Program-made: the position numbers and the translations under genes
Shown: positions 24,792-37,694 of the stretch, piece by piece
Layout: every line of letters begins with the position of its first letter
Numbering within the stretch: position 1 is the stretch's first letter
Assembly (NCBI RefSeq): GCF_036971445.1
Contig: NC_091481.1
Span: 60,450,001 to 60,514,000 of the forward strand
Source: Narcine bancroftii
Taxonomy: Eukaryota
Direction: 5' to 3'
DNA length: 64,000 nt
The notes under the pieces: model-generated
Database searches by the model: none
What the model was told of the DNA's origin: nothing
What the model saw: the letters and a program-made list of their open reading frames with translations, nothing else

Positions 24792-26109
24792 ACTTGAAAC
24801 TAGCCTGATTTGTAACTTGATGGCAGCCACAGTAAAAACAACTGATTTCTTTTCATGTCTGCACATGTGATGTTTTCAAGGATTTGATCTGATTTTTTTT
24901 TGCTTTAATATAGTGAGGGTGGGATTTTTTATGCTTGGATGATTGAAGTGTTCATAAACACTAAATTCTCCTAACACTGATTGTAAAACAAATGCTGGAG
25001 TAATTCAGCCATACTGTGCCCATAAAGATAGATAACCAGCTTTTTGGGCATGAGCCCTTCAAGGAATAAACAAAGTACAGGAAGGCATCAGAACACAGAT
25101 GGGGTGGACGCTAGAAATAAAAGGTGTTCATTGGATATGATTTTTTTTCTTAAATCTGATTTTTGGATCAGATAGAAAAAGGAAGAGAAAATGAGAGTAA
25201 AGGAGATGGGGGAGGGTGGATTACAGAAACTGCAGTTGCTTGAAGGGTACCTAGAAGGAAGATGAGGTGTTCAAGATCTTTTAATTTCAAAAAACAATAT
25301 TGCATGAAATTTCCTTTAGTCCATTGTAAGGCAGGCAAATATTCACCATCAGCACAAAATTGCCTGGCCAAGGAAAGGAATCCTCAGTTACTGAGTGTCC
25401 ATGGATTCATCTCCAGGGCTCCTTCAGTGCAGATCCAAACCACTGACACAGTTGCTTGACTGGTTGCCTGCATGTGTTTTTTGTCTTGAGTCACTGCTAG
25501 CCCACCTCCTGTGTTCTTTAGGCTCTGAACCCATTCTCCACCTTTAAAGGCCTGTTACGACTTCCATTTCAAGATTCCTTTATTGTCGTGCCATAGTACA
25601 TACATCATATATTACACAAAATTGCTTTATTGTTGCCATTACTGTTGACTTGAGAGCATGAAAGAACCAAAAGACGTCCTCTTATTTGATCCATCTGTAA
25701 CTGGAGTTTCTGGTACAAACCTTAATCAGGAAGCCTTCAATGACGGGCCATTTAAGTCCATGGCCTGAGCATCCTTTCAAATTCCATCCCTGATTCTTGG
25801 TTCCCATGAACCAATCTCCATGGAGCCTGTGTGGATTCCTCGGCTGCTGAGTCCCTCACTGGTCAGCCATCCTATAGGGTCAAATGCTTCTCAACCCAGG
25901 ATGCTCCCCAGAGTCTGCAAACCTTGTGGTTGCAGGATTTTAGTTCTAAAACACAGTTCCAAAAAAAAACAATTTCACCATTAGTTGAGAATATGTTGGC
26001 TGATCCAAATTGAAGTGGAGCTGGGTCTTTGAAATAGTCTTAATCCTGTGGGATGGTAATTGTTCTGGCTCATCTCTGAGACCTGGGTTGGTTATAGTGT
26101 AGATAACAC

Positions 26110-26417
26110 TAAGGACTGCCTAAAGAAATCTCTTGGTGCCTGCCACATTGACCACCGCCAGTAGGCTGATATCGCCTCAAACCGTGCATCTTGGTGCCTC
26201 ACAGTTTGGCGGGCAGCAACCTCCTTTGAAGAAGACTGCAGAGCCCACCTCACTGACAAGGCAAAGGAGGAAAAACCAACTCCAACCAACCAATTTTCCG
26301 CTGCAACCGTGTCTGCCTGTCCCGCATCGGACTTGTCAGCCACAAATGAGCCTGCAGCTGACATGGACATTTACCCCCTCCATAAATCTTCGTCCGCGAA
26401 GCCAAGCCAAAGAAAGA
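26110..26417 (+). mobile_element. RTE LINE 3' fragment
   Basis: High similarity to 44.5-44.8 kb; tail aagccaagccaaagaa; flanked by agataac. Confidence 0.85.
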
Positions 26418-27464
26418 GATAACCAACTATTCCACCCAGTGCTTGGTTATTTTTCCACACCACAGATTCTGCAGGCTGGTTTTGGCTCAGGCTGTTCTTT
26501 TTTGCTATTTGACAGCTCTTGTGTTTGTTTCAGCTGAGTTGTTTTGAACTTCCATGGGACAGGTTTTACCAGTTTTCATGGCACCAGATGATTGACCAAG
26601 AGGCAGCACTTTACACCAAGGGAGGTCACTTGGATAATTTTGCTACTGTTTCGAGTACTGATTGGAACACTCCTCGAGTTAAATGCCACACATATTTCAG
26701 CTAATAGGAGGGGTAACATTCCACTCTGCAGCAAGACAAAACAAGTTTCTTTGTGTTCCACCCCACCCAAACATTTCTCCAGTTAATGTGGTTCACTGCT
26801 GTTAAAGTTTATTTTCATCCAATTGTAGAAGTACAACCCGGTGAAACAGCATTCTCTGATACTTGGTGCAAAGTATCCAGGCACACAGCCAGACAATACA
26901 CATACAAACTGCAAATGTACATAGATAAAAATATATATTAATATCTAAAGTAATAGCTGTGAGCCTGTTGGTGTGTCTCATTAATAGTGGTTCATGACTT
27001 AAAACAATCAAAGTGATTAATGCATCTATATTAGTTGCTAATCAAGCAGTTATTTATTTGTTTTCAAATCCCTCTAGACTCACACTTATTCTCCAAGATT
27101 TATGTAACTTCAAGAATTTAATTTTTCCACAACCTGCACTCCCCTGAGATTTATAACTTGGTATTTACAATTCACCAAGATCTAGAATCATCTTAACATT
27201 TCAAGATTTAGGTCTCTGAATCTGCACTAACATTTTAACAACTGCTGGTGATCCAGCTTCCACAATTGTGGGGTCGAGAATTCAAAACTTTGCTGCCCTC
27301 TGGAGATATTCCTCCTCTTAATCCCAAACAGCTTTTTTATTCTGAAACTACCCTTTGGGGATAACATCATTCTTGGCTCCAGCCACAAAGGATAAATAGC
27401 CAATGTCTACTGTTCTGTGGCACTGACCACCATTATAAAATGCTTTGAGTGTGAGTGATCTCAA

Positions 27465-28225
27465 CCCACTCCTGTTCACGGTACTAACCCACAGTTTCAT
27501 CACCAGATCCAACTCCAACAGTGTCATCAAGTTGCTTATCACATTACAGATATATGGTGTGAAAGTAACAACCTGAGTATCAAGGTGGACAAGGCGAAAA
27601 TGATCATGGATTTCAGGAGGACGAGGAATGATCATCCTCCACTACACAACAACAATAGTTTAGAAAGTGGAGAGCACTAAGTTCCTTGAGGCTCATTTAA
27701 CTAGTGACCTATTGTAGATTAACAACATCTCACCTGTCAGGAAAGCACAACAGCGAATGCACTACCTGAGAAGGCTGAAGCTGGCAAGGCTACCGGCCAC
27801 CATTATGTCAACCTTACACCTTCTTGACTCATATCGAGTGTTCTGGCTGGCTGTATCACATTATGGTGCGGTTGCTTCAGAGAAATGGATCAGAGGTCAA
27901 TCTACAGGACCATAAAGTGGCAAAAAGTATTACCAGAGTCTCCCTTCACCCCACCCTTCTCCATCAAGGTGATCTACTGGGATCTTTCTCTGGAGAGGGC
28001 GCACATAATCATCGACTACCCTGCACACAGCATGTCAGGGGAAGAGAGATGCAGGAGTGTCAGAGCTGAGGAACAGCTCCTTCCCAAAGGTAGCGAGAAC
28101 CCTGAACGACCAAAGGAACTGCTCACACTAACTCTCCGAGACTCATATTCATAAAACAACATTTGTATACAGGAATACCTGACCTGCATATGTATTTGTG
28201 TGTTGTGTCTGCATGTTTTGTACTG
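27465..28225 (+). mobile_element. Rex1/Babar-like LINE fragment
   Basis: Near-collinear with 54.4-55.3 kb (MIxDFRRTRNDHPPLH...VRKAQQRxHxLRRL). Confidence 0.75.
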
Positions 28226-28762
28226 ACGGCTCCTAGAACGCTTCCAACAGCGTTGTCTCCGCTCCATCAACATTCATTGGAGCGCTTTCACCCCTAACGT
28301 CGAAGTACTCGAGATGGCAGAGGTCGACAGCATCGAGTCCACGCTGCTGAAGATCCAGTGGCGCTGGGTGGGTCACATCTCCAGAATGGAGGACCATCGC
28401 CTTCCCAAGATCGTATTATATGGCGAGCTCTCCACTGGCCACCGTGACAGAGGTGCATCAAAGAAAAGGTACAAGGACTGCCACATTGACCACCGCCAGT
28501 GGGCTGATATCGCCTCAAACCGTGCATCTTGGCGCCTCACAGTTCGGCAGGCAGCAACCTCCTTTGAAGAAGACCGCAGAGCCCACCTCACTGACAAAAG
28601 GCAAAGGAGGAAAAACCCAACACCCAACCCCAACCAACCAATTTTCCGCTGCAACCGTGTCTGCCTGTCCCGCATCAGACTTGTCAGCCACAAACGAGCC
28701 TGCAGCTGACGTGGACATTTACCCCCTCCATAAATCTTTGTCCGCGAAGCCAAGCCAAAGAA
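28226..28762 (+). mobile_element. RTE LINE 3' fragment
   Basis: ORF 28314-28709 WVGHISRMEDHRLPKIVLYGEL...CNRVCLSRIRLVSHKRAC. Confidence 0.9.
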
Positions 28763-29639
28763 GACTTCCGACAATAAATTTGACTATCCAGCAAGTCTAT
28801 CCATATACAAGGATAGAAGAAGAGCAAAGTTACAGCGTATGTAAAAATAAAGACTAGGACGCAGGGCATAAAATGCCAGGGCTTTTTCTCTAATTATTAA
28901 AAATGTCACAACAGGAAAAGTGGTCCAACCACAGTTTAAAGGATCAATTAAAACTAAGGAAAAACTTTTATCAACTTGTAAGTGTAGGGGGAGAAGGAGT
29001 AAGCCTGATTGGGAGTTTTTTACATTTCAACAAAGGGTGATCCATTGATTCCGAAAGGGGAAACAGAATCTAAGCTATCAACAAATGTGCTTTAATGGAT
29101 ATATTAGTAATTAATAACAGTGGTGTGTATTGGAGGAATTAAAGGATATTGGGTCAGCTCAGGAAAATAATTTTTATGGTAGAACATCAATTATAAATAG
29201 TGGAGCAGGCTCAGGATATACTAGAAACTATCAGAGATTTGTCATTGATTATCAGAATACTGAAGACTTGGAAGGCCAACAAAATCACGTGCCGAGAGCA
29301 GACCGAGGAGGAAGATGAATGAGTTTCACCACAACACATCACAAGGCATCTCTGACATATTGCAGATACAAATTCTCAGCACAGAGTAATAGGCTTAATA
29401 AGATTCCCAAAGAACTGATAACTGTTTCGAGCATGAGCTTGTTATAAGAGGTTAAGGGAATTGTTGAAGTAGGAGGGTGTAAAGTGATCAAGCACTAATC
29501 CCATTTACTAATCCTTTAGCCATGAAAGTTCTCAGCTAGCTACCAGTTAAATGTTGTGAAGGCACCACCTACAGGCAGTATGTCCAGCTGTTAAGACCTT
29601 TCCGCAGATCCCCCTGAATCTCCTAATCTCATACCTAGT

Positions 29640-30235
29640 TTGGATATCTCCCAATGAGGTCTTCCAATCCAGATAATCCTCCTTCCAAAAATGTGGCTTC
29701 TCCACTGCCATCCACTTAGCCCTCACCCACATCTCCTCCATTTCCCACTTATCTGCTCTGGCCTCCTTTACTCCCAAACGCAACAAAAACAGGATTTCCC
29801 TTGTCCTCAGCTACCACCCAACCAGCCTCCACATCCAACATATTATCCTCTGTAATTTCTGGCACCTACGCGATCCCACCACCAGACACATCATCTCTCT
29901 CTGCCTTCTGAACAATCCATTCCCTCATCCCTTTCCCATTAATCACCCCCTTGGCACTTCCCCTGCAGCCACAGAAAGTGCCACACTTGAGCCCACACTA
30001 CCTCCCTCACCACCAGTCCTTTCAAATGGAGCAACACATGTATCTGTGGGAGTTATCTGTTTCATTTGGTGCTCCCACTGTGGCATTCTTCTGTGGCTTC
30101 ACTGAGCACCTTCATTTTTGTCTGGATCTCCCAGTGGCCAACCACTTCAATTCTGCACCCCACTCCCATACTGACACGTCTGTCCATGGCCTCATCATGA
30201 ACTGTCCGTAAACTGGAAAAGCAGCACCTAATTTT
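29640..30235 (+). mobile_element. Penelope-like element remnant
   Basis: Degraded helix-turn-helix and GIY-YIG region ending FTEHL...DLPVANHFNSAPHSHTD. Confidence 0.6.
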
Positions 30236-30724
30236 GATTGGCTGGAAAGAATTTAGTGGAAATCTTTTATTTTTTTTTTACCAGTTTAATGCTCACATCA
30301 AGGAAAATAGTGTGACAAGTGAGGCTGTGTATAGGTGGATTGATAAATCCTAAATGCAGAAATTGTATGTGACATTGCATTAGATTTTGATTGACAGACA
30401 CCTTTGCTGTAAGAATACTAGATATACCCCATTGTGTAGAAGCACCGAGCAATGCATTGTTAAGTACTGTAAATTGAATAAAATGTTACAAAACACATCT
30501 GCTGCAAAAATTTTTGCAAAATGTTGAATGTCTAGTGGGAGTCCAATGAGCAACAGCAAATCACTGATGCAACCATTAATCCAGAGCTGTCACTTTGATT
30601 ACTGGACAAGGATTAAAGATTGCCAGACCTTAATTTCAGGAATTATATTCTGTTACCACACACATACACCAAGTTTCAGTCAGTGAAAAACAGAAAATGC
30701 AAGAATACCCACGTCAAGCAACAT

Positions 30725-30730
30725 TTTATT
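30725..30730 (-). terminator. RPS19BP1 polyadenylation signal
   Basis: AATAAA on the - strand about 180 nt after the stop. Confidence 0.6.
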
Positions 30731-30912
30731 TTAAATGTTTTGCCAGCTCCAGCAGTTTTCTCTTCATTAGTTGACCCATCAATTCCAGCACAATTGTCAC
30801 TGTGAGGTGGGGGAAGGATATGCATGCAAAGCAATGATGTGATTCCTCTTCACCCGCTCCATGCAGCTTCCCCATTTTGTGCAATTCACCAACATTGAAC
30901 CTGCTCTCGAGT

Positions 30913-31044
30913 CTAGGTTTGCCCAAAATATTCTCGTGCAAATTTTTTAAAGTCTCTCTCCGAGAATGCACTTTTTTCTTCTTTCTTCACCTTCTTGACC
31001 TTAGGACGATCCTTTGCTTTTCTTCCCCGACTATATTCCACCAC
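30913..31044 (-). CDS. RPS19BP1: RPS19BP1 (AROS) exon 4
   Basis: ttgtag|VVEYSRGRKAKDRPKVKKVKKEEKSAFSERDFKKFAREYFGQT*, matching the AROS C-terminal pattern RGRKAxDRP...FxExDFxKFxxEYFG. Confidence 0.92.
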   Translation of the reverse strand: MVEYSRGRKAKDRPKVKKVKKEEKSAFSERDFKKFAREYFGQT

Positions 31045-31689
31045 CTACAAACAAGCATTACAATTTTTAATTGGTCATTATCCTGCATGCTGAACAGACA
31101 CCACAGCAGTATTATATTTATATAGCACCATGCAGAGAATTTATTAGAAAGAGAAGGCCATTATCCGTAATACGGGAAAGAATTTCAATTAGCCTCAATT
31201 TTTCCATAAGTTTTGGAGAGGGTGCAGAGAAAGGATGGCAAGAATGCAATCAAATTTTGGTCTCGTTTCTCCATCTGACACAGAAAGTGTGGAAGATATT
31301 ACCCACTCGGATCTTTCTTAAATATTGAGATAACATACTTGTGTGCATGAGAACACATACCTGAACTTGGGGAACTGAAAAGGTGTAGGACAACAGAGGT
31401 ACAATCAGATGGCAAGCCAGCTAGACTGAGACTGGGTGCAGAACCAATGGCCAATTAACAAACAAAATCATGTACCTTTGGAGTCAGATCCCAAAAGATA
31501 TACCTTGAACCCTGAGGCAGCAACTAATAAAATTAAAATCATGAATTTATATTGAATTCCAAGACACCCGGGCAACCTGTTCAGTATGGGCATTGGGCTG
31601 TAGGACCTGTTTCTAGCTGTGTACCTCTGTCCATGAGTGAACTTGAAAGGCACACAGTTGTGATGTCAGAAACATGAGAGGCACACATG

Positions 31690-31990
31690 CTCAGCAAACC
31701 CTCACAAAGTGACCTCGAATAATGTATGTAAAGGACTTTGGTTTTGGGGGCAAAAAACATAGTCTACAAAACAGGAAGAACTACCCTTCTCCATGTCACA
31801 ATAGTGGCAAAAGAATATTCAGCCAGATTGTAAAAAATGAGGGCCAAGAATTTGACAACACTCTCAATGCCGTATCACCCCCCACCCCACCCCACCCCCG
31901 TGTCATGCTAACATTCAGCATGGACGTCCTCCAGTCTCTGGAGTGGGATTTGAACCCACGATCATATGACTCACTATGGCTGACACTCTC
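31690..31990 (-). mobile_element. Deu-domain SINE (SacSINE1-like)
   Basis: tRNA B-box GGTTCAAATCC followed by CACTCCAGAGACT on the - strand. Confidence 0.6.
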
Positions 31991-32032
31991 AAATTCAAAT
32001 ACCTCCTTGAGCCTCGTCAAAACACAAGCCTG

Positions 32033-32145
32033 AATTTCCAGAATATAAATCATTTAAGATTTCCTTTCTGCGTGGGACTTTAACCCAAGACCAAATTTCC
32101 AGAATATAAATCATTTAAGATTTCCTTTCTGCATGGGACTTTAAC
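32033..32145. repeat. Local duplication, 61-bp period, 2 copies
   Basis: aatttccagaatataaatcatttaagatttcctttctgc[g/a]tgggactttaacc occurs twice. Confidence 0.9.
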
Positions 32146-32269
32146 CTTCCAGTAGGACACGGAAAATAGTGGCAGTAAAGCCCAAAGACTGCAGATCCTG
32201 GAATTACTAGCAATGTGCTGTTGGAGGACCAGAGCACGTCAGGCAGCATTCATGGATATACTAGGGGGC

Positions 32270-32850
32270 AGCAGTTTTGGTCTCCTCATTCAAGAAAGGA
32301 TGTGCTGACATTGGAGAGGGTTCAAAGGAGATTCACTAGGATGATTCTGGGAATGAAAGGGTTATCATATGATCAATCTTGGTCTGTACTCATTGGAATT
32401 TAGGAGAATGAGGGGGGGGGGATGTTGAAAGGCATGGTCAGAGTAGATGTAGGTTGTTACCCATGGTGGGAGAGTCTGGGACAAGAGGGCACAACTTCAG
32501 AATTGAAGAGCATCTGCTTAGAACAGGGATATGGAGTATTTCTTTTGCCAGAGGGTGGAAAATCTGTGGAATTTGTTGCCACAGGTGCTTGTGGAGGACA
32601 GGTCATTGGGTGTATTTAAGGCAGAGATTGATAGGTTCTTGATTTGCCAGGGCATCAAAGTGGTAAAGTCTTCACACAAATTTGGGGTGTGGAACAAGCT
32701 TCCAGATGAAGTGGTGAATGAGGGTTCAATTGTAACATTTAAGAGAAATTTGGACAGGTGGGAAAAGTATGGAGGGCAGGTCAGTGGGACTAAGTATTGG
32801 CAGACTAGAAGGGCAAAAGAGGCCTGTTTCTGTGCTGTAATGTTCTATGA
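32270..32850 (+). mobile_element. CR1 LINE 3' fragments
   Basis: QFWSPHSRKDVLTLERVQRRFTRMI...QRVENLWNLLPQ. Confidence 0.8.
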
Positions 32851-33018
32851 TTAGATAGACAGTTCAGGAGGCAAGCCTTGGGAGAGAGCTGCACAGAACT
32901 CTCTTAGAAGATTTCTTCAAAGTAATCGTATCTTGAGAATCTGCAGTGAAGAGGACTGGAGAAATAAAAACTGCAGATGCTGAAATGGTAATGGCAATGA
33001 TTTGTTGGAGATACACAC

Positions 33019-33119
33019 CTTTTCAGTAACTTGGTTGTTCAGGCGATATTTGCAACCGAGCAGATACCAGAGATTCTCCTCAGTATGGTCAACAGCAGCA
33101 CTATTTTTCCTGTACTCCT
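33019..33119 (-). CDS. RPS19BP1: RPS19BP1 exon 3
   Basis: tcacag|AG GAG TAC gives (E)EYRKNSAAVDHTEENLWYLLGCKYRLNNQVTEK|gtgtgt; phases 1 to 0 fit the neighbouring exons. Confidence 0.88.
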
Positions 33120-33719
33120 CTGTGAAGGAAAACGAGACCCATTAGTTCTAAAAGCAGGAATGAGCATCAATCTACTGGCTAGACTCTCACCTATATCTCT
33201 TTTTCGAGATGAGACTCTTCGGTGTCGATCTTTTAGATTATGAAGGAGTTAATAAATTTAGAGAAATTGTTTCCACGTTGTGGAGAGAGACAGGAGAGAA
33301 ACCGAGAGCAGGAGATAAAAAATAAAGTTTGTTACCAAAGAAACTAGCAAAGAACTTAAGTGGTTGTGTTTAGAGGAAATTTATTGCCGTCAAGAGTCCC
33401 TTAGCACAGAAATAGGCCATTTGACCCAAATCGTCCTTGACGATCAAGTCTAAAATGACCCCTCTAACTCTCACCTGCCCAAACGACTGCCCAGAATTGG
33501 ACCAGCTTTATCACATCCTCTGGCAATTCGTTCCATACATGCATGGAAACTTTGGTCCTCAGGTTCCTTTTAAACCTTTCTTGCCTCACCTCATCTATGA
33601 CATTCATAATTTTATGAACTGCTTCAAGGACCTCCTCAGCTTCCTACTCACCAGGGGGAAAAAACAAATCCCAGCCTATCCAGCATTTCCCGATTACTCA
33701 AGCCCTGGATGAGGGGAAT

Positions 33720-33940
33720 TTAGCCATACAGCACAGAACAGGCCCTTCCATCCTAGGAGCCCGAGCTGCCCAATTACACCCAATTGACCTAGAACCCCTG
33801 GTACACTTCGAAGGGTGAGGAAACCAGAGCACTCAGAGGAAATCCACACAGACATGGGGAGAACATACGGAGAGTGCTGGATACTAACCCGGGGTCATTG
33901 GCACTGTAACAGCGTTGCACTAACCGCTACGCTAACTGTG
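33720..33940 (-). mobile_element. V-SINE (HE1-like)
   Basis: Same family as 5640-5820. Confidence 0.65.
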
Positions 33941-34505
33941 TCATGGAAAATGCTGGGAAACAATTGGGTACAAAATAAATGGACAGAGATCAAGTGGGCA
34001 ATGAATAGGGGTGCATCAGAAACAGATATTGTCTGGGATAAAGCATTTCAGTTGTGGAGTGAGATTAGAAAGGTCGGTCTGTTCTCCCCAAGAGGAAGAG
34101 TGAAAGGGTAAACTGCAGAAAATTTTCCCTTCATTTAACTAAACAAATCTGGAATCTGTAATGTTAGCCACAAAATGACCACAATCAATCACAAGACAAG
34201 TATCTACATCGTCAATGTCTTTCGGAGAAGGAAAACTCCTGCCCTTACACTGTCTGATCCACAAAGCTCCAAACCAACAAAAATTTAATTACTCTATTGA
34301 AGCAATCCAGCAACCTAATCAGTGTAAACGGTAAGTTGTGCTGGGAAATGTCCTTGTATCCCAAGAAACAGTTGACCATTCAGGAGACATTTAGTCCCAA
34401 TCCCTTACAGCAACATTTAAGCACACAAGCAATGGATCCAATGCAATCAAAGGTTATTTTTACTGTCACGTAGCAATACATTAAAAATTAAAAATACATG
34501 ATATA

Positions 34506-35191
34506 CTGTGAAACCCCTGGTATCCGACAACTATGGGGAATGATAAATGCCGGATATGTATATTTTCTGGTTGCTTAATATTCTTACAATGTCTAACTAA
34601 TGCATTTGTATTAAGAATAAACAGTTTAAAAGACAAAAATACTAGTGTACTTACACTGAACAAATTTCACTTACATGAATATATAAACCTAAAAGCATTT
34701 CAATTTCTTTTTAGTCACATTCTTTGAAAACATTTAACTATCGCTGCATCTGCAGGTTCCTCCCCCTCTGCCTGAAAGATGATCAATATTATAGATAATT
34801 ACCCCCCCCTCCCAAGTTTACACATAAAGCCTCTGACCGGGGCGACTCTTACTAAGCAGGGATAAGGAGACACTTTAAGAGAGTCACCCCAACAGCGAGC
34901 GGCATCAACCAGCTCTTCATCCTGGGCGATGCCATTGCTGTTTCACACAACTTTATTCAAACAGTGGCAACGAGCAAATTCCAACCAGCGCCCTCTGCTG
35001 GCTGAATATTTGCTCCCATCTTCACCAAAGGTTTGTGTTACTTCAGATAACATTTACTTTTACAATTTTAAACTTACATTTTTTTAACTTTTTATTCTTA
35101 CTTTTAAAAAAAAATTATATTCCTCAATTATTTTGTACCAGCTGCTTGAGGCTGCTGGTTGCCTGAATTCCAGATACCAGTGGTTTTATTG
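34506..35191. mobile_element. Tigger-like non-autonomous DNA transposon (inverted relative to 2296-2975)
   Basis: Collinear reverse-complement similarity over about 680 bp; degenerate TIRs. Confidence 0.75.
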
Positions 35192-35352
35192 TTTTTCAAC
35201 TTTTGTCTGCCGCAAGGGAAACGAAGATCCCCTAACAAAGTGTTATCTGGGCTGGAAGTCACTTCCTGTTTCTATATGTAGCCAAACTCACAGGCAAGGC
35301 TAAGAAATTTCCTTGCGCTCATCAATGCAGGGATTCAGGTACAAAAACTTAC

Positions 35353-35511
35353 CCAGTGCTGATTTAACTATTTTCCCTTTGACAGTAGCTTTGTTCTTTT
35401 CTTGTTGTCTGCGAATCTTTTCCAATGCTTTCCTTCTCCCCCTCTTGCTTGTATTAGCCAAACAGTCAGCACCACCGGACTGGTATCTTTGACTTGTCTT
35501 CTTGCTCTTAC
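35353..35511 (-). CDS. RPS19BP1: RPS19BP1 exon 2
   Basis: ccaag|GT AAG gives GKSKKTSQRY...KATVKGKIVKSAL|gtaagt; matches AROS KGKVxKSAL. Confidence 0.88.
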
Positions 35512-36059
35512 CTTGGACCAAAGTGAAACACAGGGGGATGGATGGGATGGTGATGCAAGAAGATTGCAAGAATGACACACAAGAGTGAGACTTGGGAACA
35601 AACCGAACCATGCCAAGAAACAAAATGCTGAAATGTGGAAGGTAGAGGGAGAAAAACAGTTAATGGCTTTTTAAACAGGGAAGTCTGCAGGCTCTATGAT
35701 TGTTCAAAGCATGGTGCCTACCAGGGTCATTGGCATTTCAACAGTTAATCTGCAGTGTGCAAGTTTGGAAGCCTTTCAAGAGCCTGGCACTGAACAGATT
35801 TTGGACCACTGGACATCTTCCAAAATTAAAAGTTCATGTTTGAACCCTGGAAAAACAAGGCCTGCATCCCCTATCACTGCCTTTTACAGACTGCCAAGTA
35901 GGTTTGACGATTAAGACCCAACCCCCTGCCATAATCTACTGGGCAGCAGCGATCCCATCCTTCCCTCATGCTTCTGAGGCTTGGACCGGCCCCATGCTGG
36001 ACCCTCAGGCCTTTCAATACCAATCCTGTGTCTGCTTTACCCCCCACCCCCCCTGGCAT

Positions 36060-36360
36060 CCCCGCAAGATGCGCACCGAACTCCATTACCTCTCACGTCC
36101 TCTCGCAGCAGATCCAGCGCCTTCCTCACCAGCGCGGCCGACATGGCCCCCGCCACCAACTCCTCGAGGCGCCCGCCCGACAGCGCCACCTGCAGTGGCG
36201 GCGGACTCTCCCTTGTCCTCGGCTCCGCTGGGGACAGCGACCGTGAAATTGTCCCGTGGCGTCACGGAAGTGTTGCAGGCGCCGGGGAGAAACGCCGCAG
36301 GCCGGGCGGTGCGCTTTCTGGTGCAAGGATGGCGAGAGACACCGTGGCCCGAAACGCTGC
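36060..36360 (-). promoter_or_regulatory. RPS19BP1 CpG-island promoter
   Basis: CpG-rich; ETS core CGGAAGT near 36265; CTCF-like GCGCCACCTGCAGT at 36183-36196. Confidence 0.7.
36090..36144 (-). CDS. RPS19BP1: RPS19BP1 exon 1 (148 aa total)
   Basis: gccATG gives MSAALVRKALDLLREDVR|gtaatg, like human MSAALLRRGLELL; RPS19BP1 is the convergent neighbour of ATF4 in human. Confidence 0.92.
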
Positions 36361-37694
36361 TGATGTATCTTTATCTTGGATACATTGAGAACACCTGTTT
36401 GAGCTGCTGTGGAGGTTCCAGGTCATTGCAATTGGGAGAGAAGTGTTTTTTAAGACGCGTGGAAAGGACAAGGAGAAAGAGCCAGGGAGCTGGTTGGGTC
36501 TCTGCTCCAAATGTCCTGGTCGGCAGCAAAGGGACACATTGTTTCTCACTTCTTCACCTTTCCTGCCCCCTCTGCCCAACAGTCCTACTCACTGGCGTCT
36601 TCTTGGGGGGGCGGGGGGGACAGCAAAATGTCTGCATAAAGTTTTTGTGCAGTGTTTGAGCAGAAATGTATTAATTTTTGTTATAAAAATACTCCTTTGG
36701 TTAGTTATTACAACAAAAAACTTTTTTCATAAGCCCAGCTTACATGACCAACTCTAGACTAATTTACTTGATGGACCTTCTAATGCGCTCCGGTCAGAAC
36801 TGCCATTATTTCCCAATAACTATGAAGCTTCCAATCACATGGTTTTGTCTGCACAGCGACCAGGACGCGCTATTGTTTTCATTGCTGCTCTGCTTATGGT
36901 ATTGTAATTAAAAGATGTAATTTTAAATTTTGCTCATTGTTTATCTCACTACTTTTACCATTACATTCAGCGACCTACGGGAATTACGATTTACAAGTAA
37001 CGTTAGTACAAACTACATTACAAAGGATTCTGTATGGTCTGGTACAGGAGGTTCATGGGGGGGGGGGGGGTGAAACCAACCCTAATGATATCACTGTTCC
37101 TACTCACACATACCAGCTTCTGTCCCATCCCTATCTCACACTGATATATTCAAGATTATTTTATTATTTCCTTTAGTCTACCGTAATCAGATTCAACATT
37201 ATCCCGTTACAGGCAGAGAGAGAAGCAAAAGAGGGTCGCCCCAAAGTCACTGAATGTCTATGGATTTGCCTCCAGCGCTTCCACAACCTTCAGTCCAAAA
37301 CATCCAACTGATCAAAATCTCTGACCCGATCAGGAAGGCTTTAGGACCCTTTCACATGCCTGTTCTGATACCTGGTACCGAACGCTTCAGCCAGATTCGA
37401 GCTAGTCTCCAGCGGTCTGGTGTGAATCCCTTGACCGGAGACGCCAACAGCCCGTAGTCTGCATGGGTTCCTCGCCTGGAGTCACCAACAGCTCGTGTGT
37501 TCTTCAACCTAAGAGCCCCTCACTGGTCCATCACTGTGGTTACCATCCCGTGGGCCATCTTCTCTGCTTCTCCTCAAACGGGGGATGGTCTATCCCATGT
37601 CAGTCCTCTACTGGCTATTTCTCCTCTCTCAGGCCTGATGCACGATCTCAACCCAAAATGTCGATTTACACCTATTGCCTCCACGTATGCTACC

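Noticed and set aside
31935-31965. tRNA gene (GGTTCAAATCC B-box)
   Set aside because: No cloverleaf; it is followed by DeuSINE body sequence, so it is a SINE head.
35904-36659. 251-aa + strand ORF
   Set aside because: GC-rich antisense shadow of the RPS19BP1 exon 1 CpG island; low-complexity and no recognisable domain.
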